A DNA stretch of 63,973 bases, filler included, from Octopus bimaculoides (GCF_001194135.2; 6 parts of 6 records of this genome joined end to end with filler, not necessarily neighbours in it), one strand, 5' to 3'; shown: positions 1 to 13,809, counted from the whole stretch's first letter. Program-made: numbers and translations. The notes: generated by a model not told the origin, from the sequence alone.

Positions 1-906
1 TATATATATATATATTTAAAAAAAATTTTTTATATATATATATATATATATATACACATTTCTTTTTCTCAATTGTTATATATTTTATATTTTCACTTTA
101 TACTTTTACATTTTTATTTTATACTCTTTTATTTCTTGTTTTTTTATGTTTTAATTTTTTAATTTCTTTATTTTTTATTTTTTATGTTTTAATTTACTTT
201 TTTTTATATTTTTTTTTTTTTTTATTCTTTATCTCTTATTTTTATTATTTTTTAGTTCTTATTTTATTTCTTATTTGTTACACTATTAATGTGGGTGCTA
301 TTATTTCCTATCACTATTATACTATAATTCTACGGTCGAAATGCCCCCAATACTCTGTATTTTGAATTTTAACGTCCCTTATACTTTATTTCCCTTTTCT
401 TGTTGACATGTTTAATTATTCATTCTTTAAGGTCTTCTATGTTATAATTACCCTTTCCACTTCCTTCATCCTTCTTCATCTAGATAAATGTATGTAGATA
501 AGTTAGTACACTTAAGTTGTAATTCGCTTAGGTTGACTACTCACCACAAGAATATCAGGTTTCAAGTTTATTCTGGCCTGACACTACTTATTTACGACCC
601 CCCGCTGATATAGGCAGACACAGCTCATATATATCTATCCCTTACGACCTTTAAGATCTCTGTATCTATATCTATTTATCGCTTTATCTTCTTCTACATT
701 TAGATTTTTCCTCACCACCCTTCGCCCGTCTAAATAGCTTAGATGTATCTTACTTGACTATCCAGATTTTCTCTTATTGTTTCTTAGATTACCCACCCCA
801 CCGNNNNNNNNNNTATATTGTCAATTATACACTGATGTAACAACTATAAAGCTTGAAACACGTGTACCGCAGAATCCTTTGTGTTTTTGTTTTCATTTTT
901 GCATTT

Positions 907-951
<45 letters not shown>

Positions 952-968
952 GTAACTTACTATTGCAG

Positions 969-1021
969 CTGGAGCATGAGTTTTTAACCATGACTGGAGA
1001 ATTCAAAATTGAATACTGTGG
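969..1021 (+). CDS. Candidate upstream exon (LEHEFLTMTGEFKIEYC+GG), possibly part of the aGPCR ectodomain
   Basis: tattgcag acceptor and GG|gtaagc donor; only one frame is open. It ends in phase 2 whereas the 4384 exon needs phase 1, so the link is unproven. Confidence 0.4.
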
Positions 1022-2867
1022 GTAAGCAAAACCATTTACTAATTTTCAAGTTTTGTTTATTTTAGATCAAAACTTTTCCGTTTTTTTTTAACGTGTGTAT
1101 TAAATAAAAGGCATTAAAATGTTGGTTATTGGTTGATTTCTTTTCATTTACTTATGGTATTGTATTTCCTGTTGTTTTCTTTTTAACCGCGTTCACATGT
1201 CAAATTCCTGTGTAAAGAATATCCCCATAATACTAATCCTTGTACTGTTGTTTTTCTTTAACCGACCAAATTACTGAGATCTTGCCTAACATACATCTTA
1301 AATATGTAGGGCGAATTTTGTGAATATATTTAGAGTTGAACCATAGATGTCATCATGATAATCCAGTGATCTGATAAATTAGCTTTCTTTATTTGCATTA
1401 AACTGTGAATACGCAGTCGTATTGTGTAATGTTGAGCATATATATTTCTGTAAACATGTACGCATAATTTTGCATATTTAAATTAATGATACTACATGAA
1501 GAATATTACAAAATAGCTGTAATTATGTGGAAGTTATGTCGAAAAATAAACCTAATTTCCCTCTCACAACTGATTTATGCTTAATGAAAATAAATTATTT
1601 GGAATTCCAGGATTTACAGTTACCTGGAAATATTACATTTCACTACATAAATTGATAGCCGGTTCCAAATGCGAGGGGGGGGGGGTTACTGTGAAAGCGG
1701 CATGATGAGTGTGTGTCCGTGTCCGTAAATATATATACGCACATACACACACACACAAGCACACACACACGTACACGCACGCACACACATATATATTCGT
1801 ACACATATATGTATATATATATATATATATNNNNNNNNNNNNNNNNNNNNNNNNNNNNNNNNNNNNNNNNNNNNNNNNNNNNNNNNNNNNNNNNNNNNNN
1901 NNNNNNNNNNNNNNNNNTATATAGGAAAAGGTTGACACTAATTTCGCAGTGAATTTTGGAAGAGGAGCCTTGCAAGTCTACCAGATAGATGGAAGAGCAT
2001 TGTAGAAAATGAAGGAGAGTATATTTTAGATTAAATAAGATCTTTGTTAATCTTAATTTTGAAAATTAAAAGAAGAATAAAAAAAACCGCATTATTTATG
2101 GGATGACCCAATATATCCTGGTGAGCGTTGTTTAAACAAATTATGTTTAGTTTATAATTTTAAAAAAATATTATTTCAGTTCGGAGAAAGGTAGAACAAT
2201 ATTTAGTATTCGCTGCACTGTGCTACGCAAAATTACCAAGGATCAAGTGAGAAGAAACATATATAAAATTTTAAAAACATCACAGACATTACATAACTTT
2301 GGAATTCAGAAAAATAACACGGAATTGATAGGTGAAAGTAAGTAGTGTGTTTCTCATTATTTTTATAGCCATCCTCCTCGTCATTATTATCATCATTATC
2401 AGTAGAAGATGATACCATCGAAGCCAGACTCCCCCACACACACACACGTACACATACACATACACATACATTTGTTTACCTTTCAAAGCGAAGATAATTT
2501 CATTAAATCAGCAATTTATTTCGTACTTTTATTCGTTAAAATTCATATTAGTCACTCTCAGCTGCTTTTCTCTGCACATTTTCATTTTAATTGTGAAAAT
2601 TACTCTATGCTGTGAATGGTTTTCTATTCATCCTGTATCTGTGAGTGGTTAGAGTCAAGTGAGGATAAAGCTGTGCCTGCCGGTGACGACCATTGGGTAG
2701 CAATACATGTATTCAGCTGCCCCGTTGTCTCCAGAAAAGCAATGGACTGTCTTCTTGTTAATGATATGTTAATTCATGAGGATTCTTAATTTTCGTTTAT
2801 CTTTTAGTCTGGAAGCAAAGTCGTACCTTTGACCCTTCTACAAGGCCTTCGAGTTTGGTGTGAATGG

Positions 2868-2922
2868 ATTGTCACACTTGACGACTAGTTCAAATTGTCA
2901 CACTTGACGACTAGTTCAAATT
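2868..2922. repeat. 26-bp tandem duplication (attgtcacacttgacgactagttcaa x2.1)
   Basis: Two identical adjacent copies starting at 2868 and 2894. Confidence 0.9.
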
Positions 2923-3338
2923 CTTGACACAGTCTGTATACTCTTCCACTAATGACACCCAATCTGTTAAGTGATGATGTTTAGCGGACGACAAATTATT
3001 TCTGCCAACTAAGGAAGCCAAAATAGAGCTTGAACCCAGAAATTAAAGTACCGGAAGAAGTAACTCACGAATCAAGTTCCGCTAGTCTACCGCCCTGGAT
3101 TGGGAAATTGTTTTATAATCTTTGAAAAGATGGAAAATGAAGTTGTGCTCAGCAGTGTTTGATTTCAGAGCTCAAAGAGTCGTATAAAGTACCACGTTGC
3201 TGTAACAAATATTCGGACACTGCTTGAGTTATCTTTCATTTTCATTTGGAGTCAGTAGCAAGAGCCCTTGGATTTTTATTTACCTTTTTCTTGAATCGAA
3301 GATGAATTCAATAAAATAAAAAAAGGATTGAGAGACAC

Positions 3339-3366
3339 GGGGTTAGGGTTAGGGTTAGGGTTAGGG
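3339..3366 (+). repeat. Interstitial telomere-like (TTAGGG)4
   Basis: GGGG followed by four perfect TTAGGG units at 3343-3366. Confidence 0.85.
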
Positions 3367-4149
3367 TTTTTTTTTCTTTTTTTGTAATTTGTAATATTAT
3401 ATTGCATGCGAATTTGTCGATAATTTTCTATAATATTTAGAATTGTATTTGTTGCAGAACGCTGATGAAGTGCAGTGAAATATTGCGTATTGGGTCACTA
3501 TATGTTTATGTGTGTAGTGTCGTCAGTTTCTATTCTTGTGTGACTTTAGGTGATTTAAGTTCTGTTTCTACCATGTTGACGCCCATACAAAGCCTTTGTT
3601 TTTGGCCTTTCGAGTTCTCCTGGGCTTCAGGTGAAGAGGTGGACTCTAGCGGAAAAGCATGCTGACGTTTGTATCGGGTATGGCAATGCGAACAGCACCG
3701 TATGTCGTATAGAAATAAGGTCCTTACTAATTTTTTTCTTCTGGAGATATTGACTAAGTCTTTTTATTCTCAGTTACATTCTCAAACGAGATGAGATTAC
3801 AATTTGTAAAAATTAAAACATTTCTAATCCAGAAAATTAAACACATCTCATCCTTTTTTTCATTCACTACCCGTAAACCGCTGCCATACATTTCTTTTTT
3901 GTGCTTATGTCAATAAGGAAGGAAATATTTCTTTTTTGAAATATCTTGGAAGGAAAATAAAATTTCTTTAAGAGTGAACTGTTTTCGATTGAATTCTTCA
4001 ATAGTTTGATGAAAATATCCATTCTTTTTACATAATCAGATTATGTGATGCTGAGAGTATTTGACTCCATTTACGCTATTAATATATCACATCTCATTGT
4101 CCTCAAATCAGCCAGCATATGCAAACTATTCTGTGACAATTACGGTTGT

Positions 4150-4154
4150 TACTA

Positions 4155-4235
<81 letters not shown>
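4150..4235. repeat. (CTA)n microsatellite; one example of dozens of (TA)n, (CA)n, (TAG)n, (TAA)n, (GAT)n, (GATA)n, (TATG)n and (CT)n tracts
   Basis: Directly visible. These tracts generate most of the low-complexity ORFs in the supplied track. Confidence 0.95.
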
Positions 4236-4236
<1 letters not shown>

Positions 4237-4383
4237 AAGCAATTGTAGCAGTAGTAGTAGGTTAAAATTCAAATATATGCCCACATTTATCACTATCCAT
4301 TACTTCCTAGTATATAAACCACAAAACCACAGCAATGACTTTTTCTGAAATATATCTCGTATCCACGTTTCGTTGTTTTTCAG

Positions 4384-4498
4384 TGCATTGTAATGAGAAC
4401 ACAACATCAACTAACAATCATACTTTCTTTTGGCCAATGACAAAAGTAGGAACTACTGCGGAGATTACATGTGGTACAAATGTAGCAACAAGGCTCTG
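4384..4498 (+). CDS. aGPCR exon, HRM first half (HCNENTTSTNNHTFFWPMTKVGTTAEITCGTNVATRL-C)
   Basis: ttttcag acceptor, TG|gttcgt donor; Cys/Trp pattern of a hormone-receptor motif. Confidence 0.88.
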
Positions 4499-7400
4499 GT
4501 TCGTTTGTGTTGTTTTATTTCTTTTCAGAGTTTGAAGTTTTCTGTGTCCGCTTTTTTATGAGAAAATGTTGCATGGTTATAGTAAATAAAACACCGAGTG
4601 AGATTTAAAATCATAGACTTGATGTCTATTAGTTCAGATTACTTCACACTACTACTTTTTACACAGAATATGACCTAGTTTTGCCGTGCTCTACCAAGGT
4701 TTTCCTTGTTGTAGAGCAATAAGTATTGTTAGTATATGATGATCAGTGAAGAAATAGATCGTTCTATGACTTGTCTCATTATAGATGAACTAACACAGGG
4801 ACTCGTCTTTCATTTTCATCATATGATTTTATACGTGCTAAAGGTCTAAGCTATTCGTTTGTGAGACTAAGTTGCAAGTCGAAAGGTGGAATCAGGCAAT
4901 TCTGTGCATGTATAGGAAAATATACGAAGATCTGATGAGGCTACTGATTATGAGGACGATGGTGACGCCCCACTTCAACTAACTGCCTAGTCCCTTAATA
5001 CTTCACCAACTATACCAATTTTCTCATACCTTGTATTAAATAATCATAACAACAAATTATAATTAACAAAGGCACATGTAATAGTATTCTTTAGATTTAA
5101 ACTTTACTTTAAAAATATTTAATATTGAATTTCAGGCTAATGAGGTGGTATAAATAATAGATTGCAGGCAAAATACATTATTGTATTTATCTTTCTCCTA
5201 CTAGATTATGACTTCAAATCTAGACCATGCTGATGTTTTTTCTTGCATTTCTTTTTAACTGATGAAAGAAAATGAATAAACACGACTGATAATATTTTTC
5301 GTTTCTTTTTCAGTTCTTCCACAACGGCAGTACTTCTGGAAATGCCAACAAGCCAAACTATGACATCACCACAGTGTTCGCCATTTACTGGTATCTGGGA
5401 AGAACCAGACATATCTCGGTGTTACAATACAGAATGGATCACTCGACAACTAAAGGACATTAAAAGCCAAGACATTGATAAACGTAAGAAGCAATTGTGT
5501 TTCGAAATATTCCTACACTAGGAGTAGTAGTTGTAATAGTAATAGGAGAAGCGGTGTAGTATCACTAGCAGTAGTTTCATACCACACCAGTTCCAATACA
5601 GCATGCCTGTGGTCAAAGGTGCTCCACCTATGACCTTCCCATTTTTCCTAGCAGTGTATAAGCAACACAGTGTGTGTCCCTTTTGTAATATAGCAGGGTG
5701 TAATTTGAGTGGAAATTTGGCTGCTAATTCTTGTAGGGCAACTGACCACAAAGGCTTTTAGCAAACAAATTGATAGGTGTTAGTTGTTTTGAGATAAGAT
5801 GGGTGATATAGAGTATATGGCGTAGTGGTTAAGAGCTCGGTATACTAACCCCAAGATTCCGAGTTCGATTCCAGGCAGGGACCTGAATAATAATAATAAT
5901 AATATCGAAAAATACCTTAGGAATGAGAACCCAGGTTCGAAATTTCCGCAAGACACCTGATGAAGGCTGGAGAGTATATCAGCTGAAACGTTGTGTTAAC
6001 AAATTTCCGTTGTTATATTTATATATATTCTATTTTTACGAAAGTGTCTTATTTAATTCCATTCATCTACTTCACTATCTCTCCATTCTGCTTTCTTCTC
6101 ACTCTGTCTCATTGCAATCACCTTCCACAATTTGGGATTTTATCAAAGAATCTTATTAGTCAGTTCTCCGATGAAGTCATTACTCAATCTGAAATGTTAT
6201 GATCTTAGCTGAAAGATTTCTTACTTGGAAAACTTTAAGTCCCGGTTTCAGATTCAAAGTAGAGACTTCCTGTGTATGCGTTCACTATATTGCTAAATTT
6301 TCTGTGGCTTGTATTTTTTAGTAAAAATATTTCTCTCTTTGTCCGTATTTCATATGTGTACTTTTTAACACCAAAGATAAAGTGGAACGACTAACAATTT
6401 GGGGGATTTTAATTGTTCCTCAAAAGTCTAACTATTCTCTTTGAACTATGGATTTGTCTGATATTAGGATCGCGTATTTTTTGCTTATGAATAATTAGTC
6501 TAGTTCTCAAGTTTCATTTGTATTAGTAATTTTACTCCCACTCATTACACTAAGCAACAAAATACACTAAACAACAAATACACTAAACAACAAAATAACT
6601 TTTTTGACAAACATGTAATATGATTTCTTCTAGTAAAGACATGTCCTAGTTTGAATTTATAGGATGTATCTTCTTTAAATATGATGCATTTCTGCAGTTG
6701 GTGCAACCACAATTTTTTACTATTGGCAGCACTGGATTAACCATTAAGCAAAATAAGCACGTGCTTGGAGTATCAAGGGAGGTGAGGAGGGGGCAGAAAC
6801 GTTAGCGCGCCAGGCGAATTGCTTAGCGGTATTTCGTCTGCCGTTACGTTCTGAGTTCAAATTCCGCCGAGGTCGACTTTGCCTTTCATCCTTTCGGGGG
6901 TGATAAATTAAGTACCAGTTACGAACTGGGGTCGATGCAATCGACTTAATCCCTATGTCTGTCTTTGTTTGTCCCCTCTGTGTTTGGCCCCTTGTGGACA
7001 ATAAAGAAATAAGAAATGGTAAATGCTTTACGGCACAAAAGAATTCAATTACAGCTCGCTAAAACATTTGAAGTGATTTATATGACGGATGTAATTTTGA
7101 AGTGTTCCTCACGTCATAGTGAGGATCTCATCAAAGAATAGGAGAAAACTTTTCAAATATAAATAAAGTGAAAGTATATAGAAATAAGACTTATTTTTCA
7201 TCTTACGGTTTGTTTTGTTTTACTTTAAAAACTAAAAATTCATTTTATTATTTATTATTGTGTATATTTTTAATTCATTACATATGTGGGAAATTTTGTC
7301 TGTGGGTGTGTTTTAGGAGTTGTTAGCTAACTCCTCCTGCATCGTTTTATCGATTTTGATGAAACTTGGCACGTGAGTAGAACTCATGTTTGGAAACCTC

Positions 7401-9362
7401 GTGGCATACTCAGATTGTTGAAAAAAATCGATAATAGGGCACCTGGAAGGGATCCTTATATATATATCTAATATATTTTATTTTAAAAACCAAGGGAAAT
7501 AATCCATTCGCCCCTGGAAGGGATCCTTATATATAGTCAAGGAAATAACCCATTCATATTCCTAAACTATTTGGTAAAAATGAAATTGAGTATGCTTATT
7601 TCTTAGTATTTGAACTGTTAGAATTATTTTCGCAATTTATCCAGTACAATCCTTAAGCAAGTAAATAGTATACATACCTTATTACTATTTTCTCCTATAT
7701 TCTATATACGCTGGGAACGCATTAAAACCCTTTTCGGGGCTATTTTATTTGAATTCTTACTATCGGGTAACTAATTTCATGTTATTACATAACTGACTTC
7801 ACAATTTGGGTATTCATAACTTATTGTAAGACAGTTCGGTATACTCTGTAAATGCACAAAAACCGTTTTAAGGGCTACATACTTTGTATTGTTGTTAATG
7901 GATTAGCGAAACAATTATGAGAACGGAACCAATGATTTTCAAAGTACAAATTGTTTTTGTGACATGCAAAATTTCGATGGCACTTCTTGACATGTTGGAA
8001 GAGGCTTACCATTAATTTGTTCACTGGATTGCACCTCTGCATCCCCCGATGTTCCCACATTTTCATGACATGATGCAGTACTGAAGAAATCCGAAAGCTC
8101 CCTCTCTTTTGCTTCTCATGAATTTGACATATATATATATATATATATATATACAGATGAAAATGAAGGGGAAATGTCGAAAAGAACAAGCAGATGAGCA
8201 ATTTCATATTTGAAAAGCTAGGTTTGTCGTAATTATTTTTGATTAATTCATTTAAACTTATTTGTTCAACATCGTTTTCAGACAAAAAAATTGAATATTT
8301 TTTTCATTTAACAACTTTAAAATTCATCACAGTTTGAAAAAGACTAAAAGCAGTATGATATGCATTTGTATATTTCTGATTTGAATTAAATAAGTAACGT
8401 ATAGTATGTGTAATAATGTGAAGTATATTTTGTATGCTAAAATGTTTAATTTCTGAGAGATATCAAAGAGAACAAACATAAGCAATAAAAATACAAATTG
8501 CAAGTATTTCAAAATGTGAGACACTACATGACAAAAAATAACAAAAAAAAAAAGAAAGAAAATAGTGGTGCTTATGTTCCAAAGGTACGATGAGAGGGCT
8601 CGGGAGAATGATAGAAAGACTGGATAGAAGGGAATAAAGACGAAAGAAAAGAAAAGATAGAATGAAAAGTGAAAAGATATGACAAAACTAGGGTCTGAAG
8701 TGAATGCTTGGTAGGAGCTGAAAGCAACACATCTCACCTAGGCACTGATCAAGCAGAAAAAAAAAAGATGGATGATAAAAAACTTGGATAGTCATGTGGT
8801 ACCAAAAAGTGAAGGAAGCGAGACCAACCAACAGAGAGGAATAGAGAAGGCTGGGAAAGAGCAAGTAGGTAGAAAGAGAGAGTGTGGAGAAAGAATAGAA
8901 TAAAGAAAGACAACAGGTAATTGACATAGGTGGACAGATAAAGAAATGGAAAGTAGTAATGGAAAGTTGCTATTATGTTAAACTGTCGTATGTCCAAAAT
9001 TGGTCAAATACATTTTTTTTCAATATTTAATTTAGCTTGCAATAGCCGGTTCTTTTGGTCAAACTATCGCATCCCCAGCTAATTCAGATGTCAAGATATG
9101 AAAATTGTCAAAGTGTAGTACAATGGTGTAGCATTTTTCAAAAGTGTAGTAAGTCCCACATACAACGGCTTTGCAAAAATATTTCTAACTGAAAATATCA
9201 TACATGCATGCAGTTACGATTTTATGCACCCAACAAAGTATTATTGTTTGAAACTGTTGCTAATGTAAAAAGAAGTGGAATGGTGAAACTATTTTTTCGT
9301 TTTCTGAAAAAGCAACGTTTTGGACTTACGACACTTTTGCATAATAGCAACACGATATATAC

Positions 9363-9419
<57 letters not shown>

Positions 9420-12400
9420 ATGGAAAAATGATAGCAAGAGAAACAATATTCTTAAGATAATAAATCTGGAAAAGTACCTGGCAAGTTATTACACTTGGAA
9501 AAGTTAAGGACNNNNNNNNNNCTTATCCTTAGCTGCGATATTTTAAGTAAAAACTTTCTTGTTCTGCACATTACCAGATGTAATAACTTGTCCTGATACG
9601 AATTTTTGTTGCATAGGACCAAAACTATAAAATTCTTCATGCTTTCCTCTGTCAATGCAGCTAAGATAAATATATTTTGTTTTTAAAATAAAAAAGTTAT
9701 TTAAATCTAAACTTGATTGGTGCGTTTCGTACTCTCCCATAACGTCGCTACAAATTTTGATGTAACTTTTTTTCTACTGGACCAAATCTCATTTTTTTTT
9801 TTTTAATGTCAAAATGTAGTCCTCCTCAAAAATGTTAACGGTTTTCCATTTGGTTAAGAACTGGATTAGCGACAAGCTCTGAAAGATGCTGCGTGTGAGT
9901 AAATTGCGGTTTTCAGAATATTATTCAACCACTACCGTTGTTGAATGATATATATATATATATATATATATATATTCGTTTTGGCATAGAGTCTTTTGAG
10001 ATTGAACAGTTTTCCTGTTGTTCTATATCTTATATAGACCCCTGGAGGGGTCTATATAAGATATAGATGATTTTAAATTATCCAAAATTACTTAAAATGT
10101 ACCAGCCTGCTCCCTCCAAGATATATGTGGAACCTTTTATAACTGTGAATGGTCAAAGGTATCTAGATTTATTTATTTAGGAAGTACCTTGAGTATTGCT
10201 GGTCTTGATGACGAAATTTCATACAGAATCAGCAGGGCTAGTAGTGCTTTTGGTGGGCTTGATAGGCGTCTGTGGAAACAACATAATATATCTTCACAAA
10301 TTAAAGTTAAGGTATATAACACATACGTCCTCCCATCTTTGCTATATGGAAGTGAGGCAAGGCAATTGGAAAGATTTCATCAATACTGTCTGAGAAAAAT
10401 TTGGGGATAAGCTGAAAAATGGCCATTAGTAATGTGGATGTGTTTGAGAGGAGTGGCAGTAGAAGTATAGAGTCAATGATTTTGCAAAGACATTTGAGGT
10501 TGGGGTGGACATTTGGTAAGGATGAGTGATGAGCGACTGCCCAAGCAGCTATTGTATGGTGAACTGGAAGATGGGAGATCAGCACGCAAGTCTAAACTAA
10601 GGTTTAAGGATTGCCTTAAAAATGTCTAATACAGACAGGAATTGCAGCTGGTAATTGGGAGAGGGAGGCACAAGACCGTGATGAATGGATAATGCATCAT
10701 GGTTGTTTAAGGTTTGAGAGGGAGAGAGTGAAGTATGAGAGAATTAGGAGGGGGATTAGAAGGGGGGAGCCTGTGGAAAATGAGAGAGTGTTGCTTTTTA
10801 TGTGTGTGGTTTGTGGGCGGAGGTATCTGAGTCGTGCAGGCCTGGTGAGCCATCAAAATTCTCATAGAAATCGACCCATGATAAACAATGATGTGGCTAC
10901 TAAAATTAATAACAGAACGTGTGTAAAATGTGGAAGGGTGTGGAGGTCTAAAAAGACATGTTAAGAGAGTGCGAATGGTGGCACCTGTTTCTCCTGCCAG
11001 ACAGCACATTTGTCTAGTATGTAATAAAATGTGTAAAAGCTTGGTCGGGCTTAAAAGTCATATAAGGGCATCACATGGCAACAATCATGAATCATTTCAG
11101 TAAGTCTTCTTGGCAATGGCTTTTCTCGTGCNNNNNNNNNNNNNNNNNNNNNNNNNNNNNNNNNNNNNNNNNNNNNNNNNNNNNNNNNNNNNNNNNNNNN
11201 NNNNNNNNNNNNNNNNNNNNNNNNNNNNNNNNNNNNNNNNNNNNNNNNNNNNNNNNNNNNNNNNNNNNNNNNNNNNNNNNNNNNNNNNNNNNNNNNNNNN
11301 NNNNNNNNNNNNNNNNNNNNNNNNNNNNNNNNNNNNNNNNNNNNNNNNNNNNNNNNNNNNNNNNNNNNNNNNNNNNNNNNNNNNNNNNNNNNNNNNNNNN
11401 NNNNNNNNNNNNNNNNNNNNNNNNNNNNNNNNNNNNNNNNNNNNNNNNNNNNNNNNNNNNNNNNNNNNNNNNNNNNNNNNNNNNNNNNNNNNNNNNNNNN
11501 NNNNNNNNNNNNNNNNNNNNNNNNNNNNNNNNNNNNNNNNNNNNNNNNNNNNNNNNNNNNNNNNNNNNNNNNNNNNNNNNNNNNNNNNNNNNNNNNNNNN
11601 NNNNNNNNNNNNNNNNNNNNNNNNNNNNNNNNNNNNNNNNNNNNNNNNNNNNNNNNNNNNNNNNNNNNNNNNNNNNNNNNNNNNNNNNNNNNNNNNNNNN
11701 NNNNNNNNNNNNNNNNNNNNNNNNNNNNNNNNNNNNNNNNNNNNNNNNNNNNNNNNNNNNNNNNNNNNNNNNNNNNNNNNNNNNNNNNNNNNNNNNNNNN
11801 NNNNNNNNNNNNNNNNNNNNNNNNNNNNNNNNNNNNNNNNNNNNNNNNNNNNNNNNNNNNNNNNNNNNNNNNNNNNNNNNNNNNNNNNNNNNNNNNNNNN
11901 NNNNNNNNNNNNNNNNNNNNNNNNNNNNNNNNNNNNNNNNNNNNNNNNNNNNNNNNNNNNNNNNNNNNNNNNNNNCTTCGATCACGAATGACAATGGGAT
12001 TGCACCTAAAAAATTACCCTCTGAGACAAAAGCCCGGACAAGGTTGTTTGTGGAAGGCCAGCAATCGCCCATGCCTACTAGCCACCTTCGTCTCCAAGTT
12101 ATCGATGTTGTCCAACCGAAATGCAAAGGTTGATACAGTGTGGTACCAATGACGTTGCAGCTCGTTTCTACAGCTGAGTGAACTGGAGCAACGTGAAATA
12201 AAGTGTCTTGCTCAAGAACACAACATACAGCCCGGTCCGGGAATCGAACACACAATCTCACGAACGTAAGCTCGATGTCCTAACGAATGAGCCATACTCC
12301 TTCATGTGTGTGTGTGTGTGTGTTGATGGTTTCAGCAGTAGGACTGAAATCATGCTGGAGCACCGCCTTAATTTATTTTCTATCAGTTTTGTTGCTTTGG

Positions 12401-12700
12401 GGCTGAAATATAGTCTGTAGTAGCTGATCCCCGCTGAGTGCACCCTTGAGTTCCCTGAGATATGCCACTTATTACAAGTTACTTAGCAGAGAGAAAAACC
12501 ATTTGCAACAACAGATTGATCCCTACCGTTACAGCAAGTTAAAGAGCCATTCTATGAGTTTTCCTATGATATCAAACTTATGGCAGATGATTCAATGATC
12601 GATCTTATCAAACGTCTTAACAAAATGTATGTAGGGGATCAAATTCTGATTTTGCACCCACCAAAAATTTCAGTGGGTGCATGCGCACCACCTGCACCTC

Positions 12701-12795
<95 letters not shown>

Positions 12796-13693
12796 TGTGT
12801 GTGTGTGTGTGTGTCTGTGTGTGTACATAATACACACACACAAACGCACACACATATTCATCATTAAAATTTCTATGAAGAGTTAATAGGTTGTATTGTA
12901 TTTTTTAAATTTTGCCGTAACACTGCAAAATGAAAGAGATTTTCATTTGCTTGCAATGCAGAGATGAATTCATTTCTCATATGGCCCTGACGAAGGCTGA
13001 CCAATATTCAGCATTAGACCAGTGATTCGTTTTCATTTAATTCTACCTTGTCATTGGATCAATACATTCATTCATATCAACTGCTGTATACGTTGTCTGA
13101 AGTATCACAGTTCATCCATTGTCGAAGCCACCATGTACAAATATCCATCACTAGATAAAGTTTTACTCAACTGTAAAGGATTCCATGGTCAGTATTACAT
13201 TTCGTAATGTTGAGTGACTCCATTCTACTCGGCTGATATCACGGATCATGAGACACTGAAGATGTATAACAATGAGTATACTAATGACGAACATAATACA
13301 TCTAACAATATCTATGTTATGGAAAGTTGGAGTAATTAATGAACTTCTAATCATTCATATGGCGTTTAATTTGCATCTAATGTTTCATCTGAAAAGGCCT
13401 GAAACTTACGTAAATTTTATGTTAAATTTTCCATTGCAGAAAATATCGACACTATTTCGAAAGAGCTCTTAGATTTTTCACAGAAATCCATATATTTTAA
13501 AGAAGAAGATATTAATTTGGCTATAGACATTCATGAGGAAATGATGCCATTGATATCAAATGTGTCCACCAATATAACAGTGAACAATATACTTCTTAGT
13601 ATCAACAATATGATAAACACACCAGAGGAAATTTTGGTTGTGGCAGAACAAGCTAACAAAAGTGTGAACAGGTAAGATTCAAATTAAATTTGC

Positions 13694-13727
<34 letters not shown>

Positions 13728-13742
13728 GGTGGTGTTTGTGGG

Positions 13743-13809
<67 letters not shown>

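Noticed and set aside
3625-3668. GTGAAGA...GGAAAAGCATGCTGA hammerhead-like string
   Set aside because: Core position 3 is wrong and stem II cannot pair convincingly.
5811-5885. A genuine tRNA gene
   Set aside because: Boxes A and B are present, but I could not fold a proper acceptor stem and there is no poly-T terminator; it continues into repeat body, so it is a SINE head.
7875-8130. Minus ORF with HHVMKMW/YFENHW resembling a MULE transposase
   Set aside because: Similarity is only impressionistic, and the ORF start runs through a (TA)n tract.
8690-8730. CTGAAGT...AGCTGAAAGC hammerhead-like string
   Set aside because: A9 is absent, and there is no stem III palindrome or stem I pairing.
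11075-12261. Long ORFs of 200-390 aa in the track (also at 14.7, 16.8, 26, 36.7, 44, 48, 60 and 62 kb)
   Set aside because: They consist mostly of X from N-gaps.
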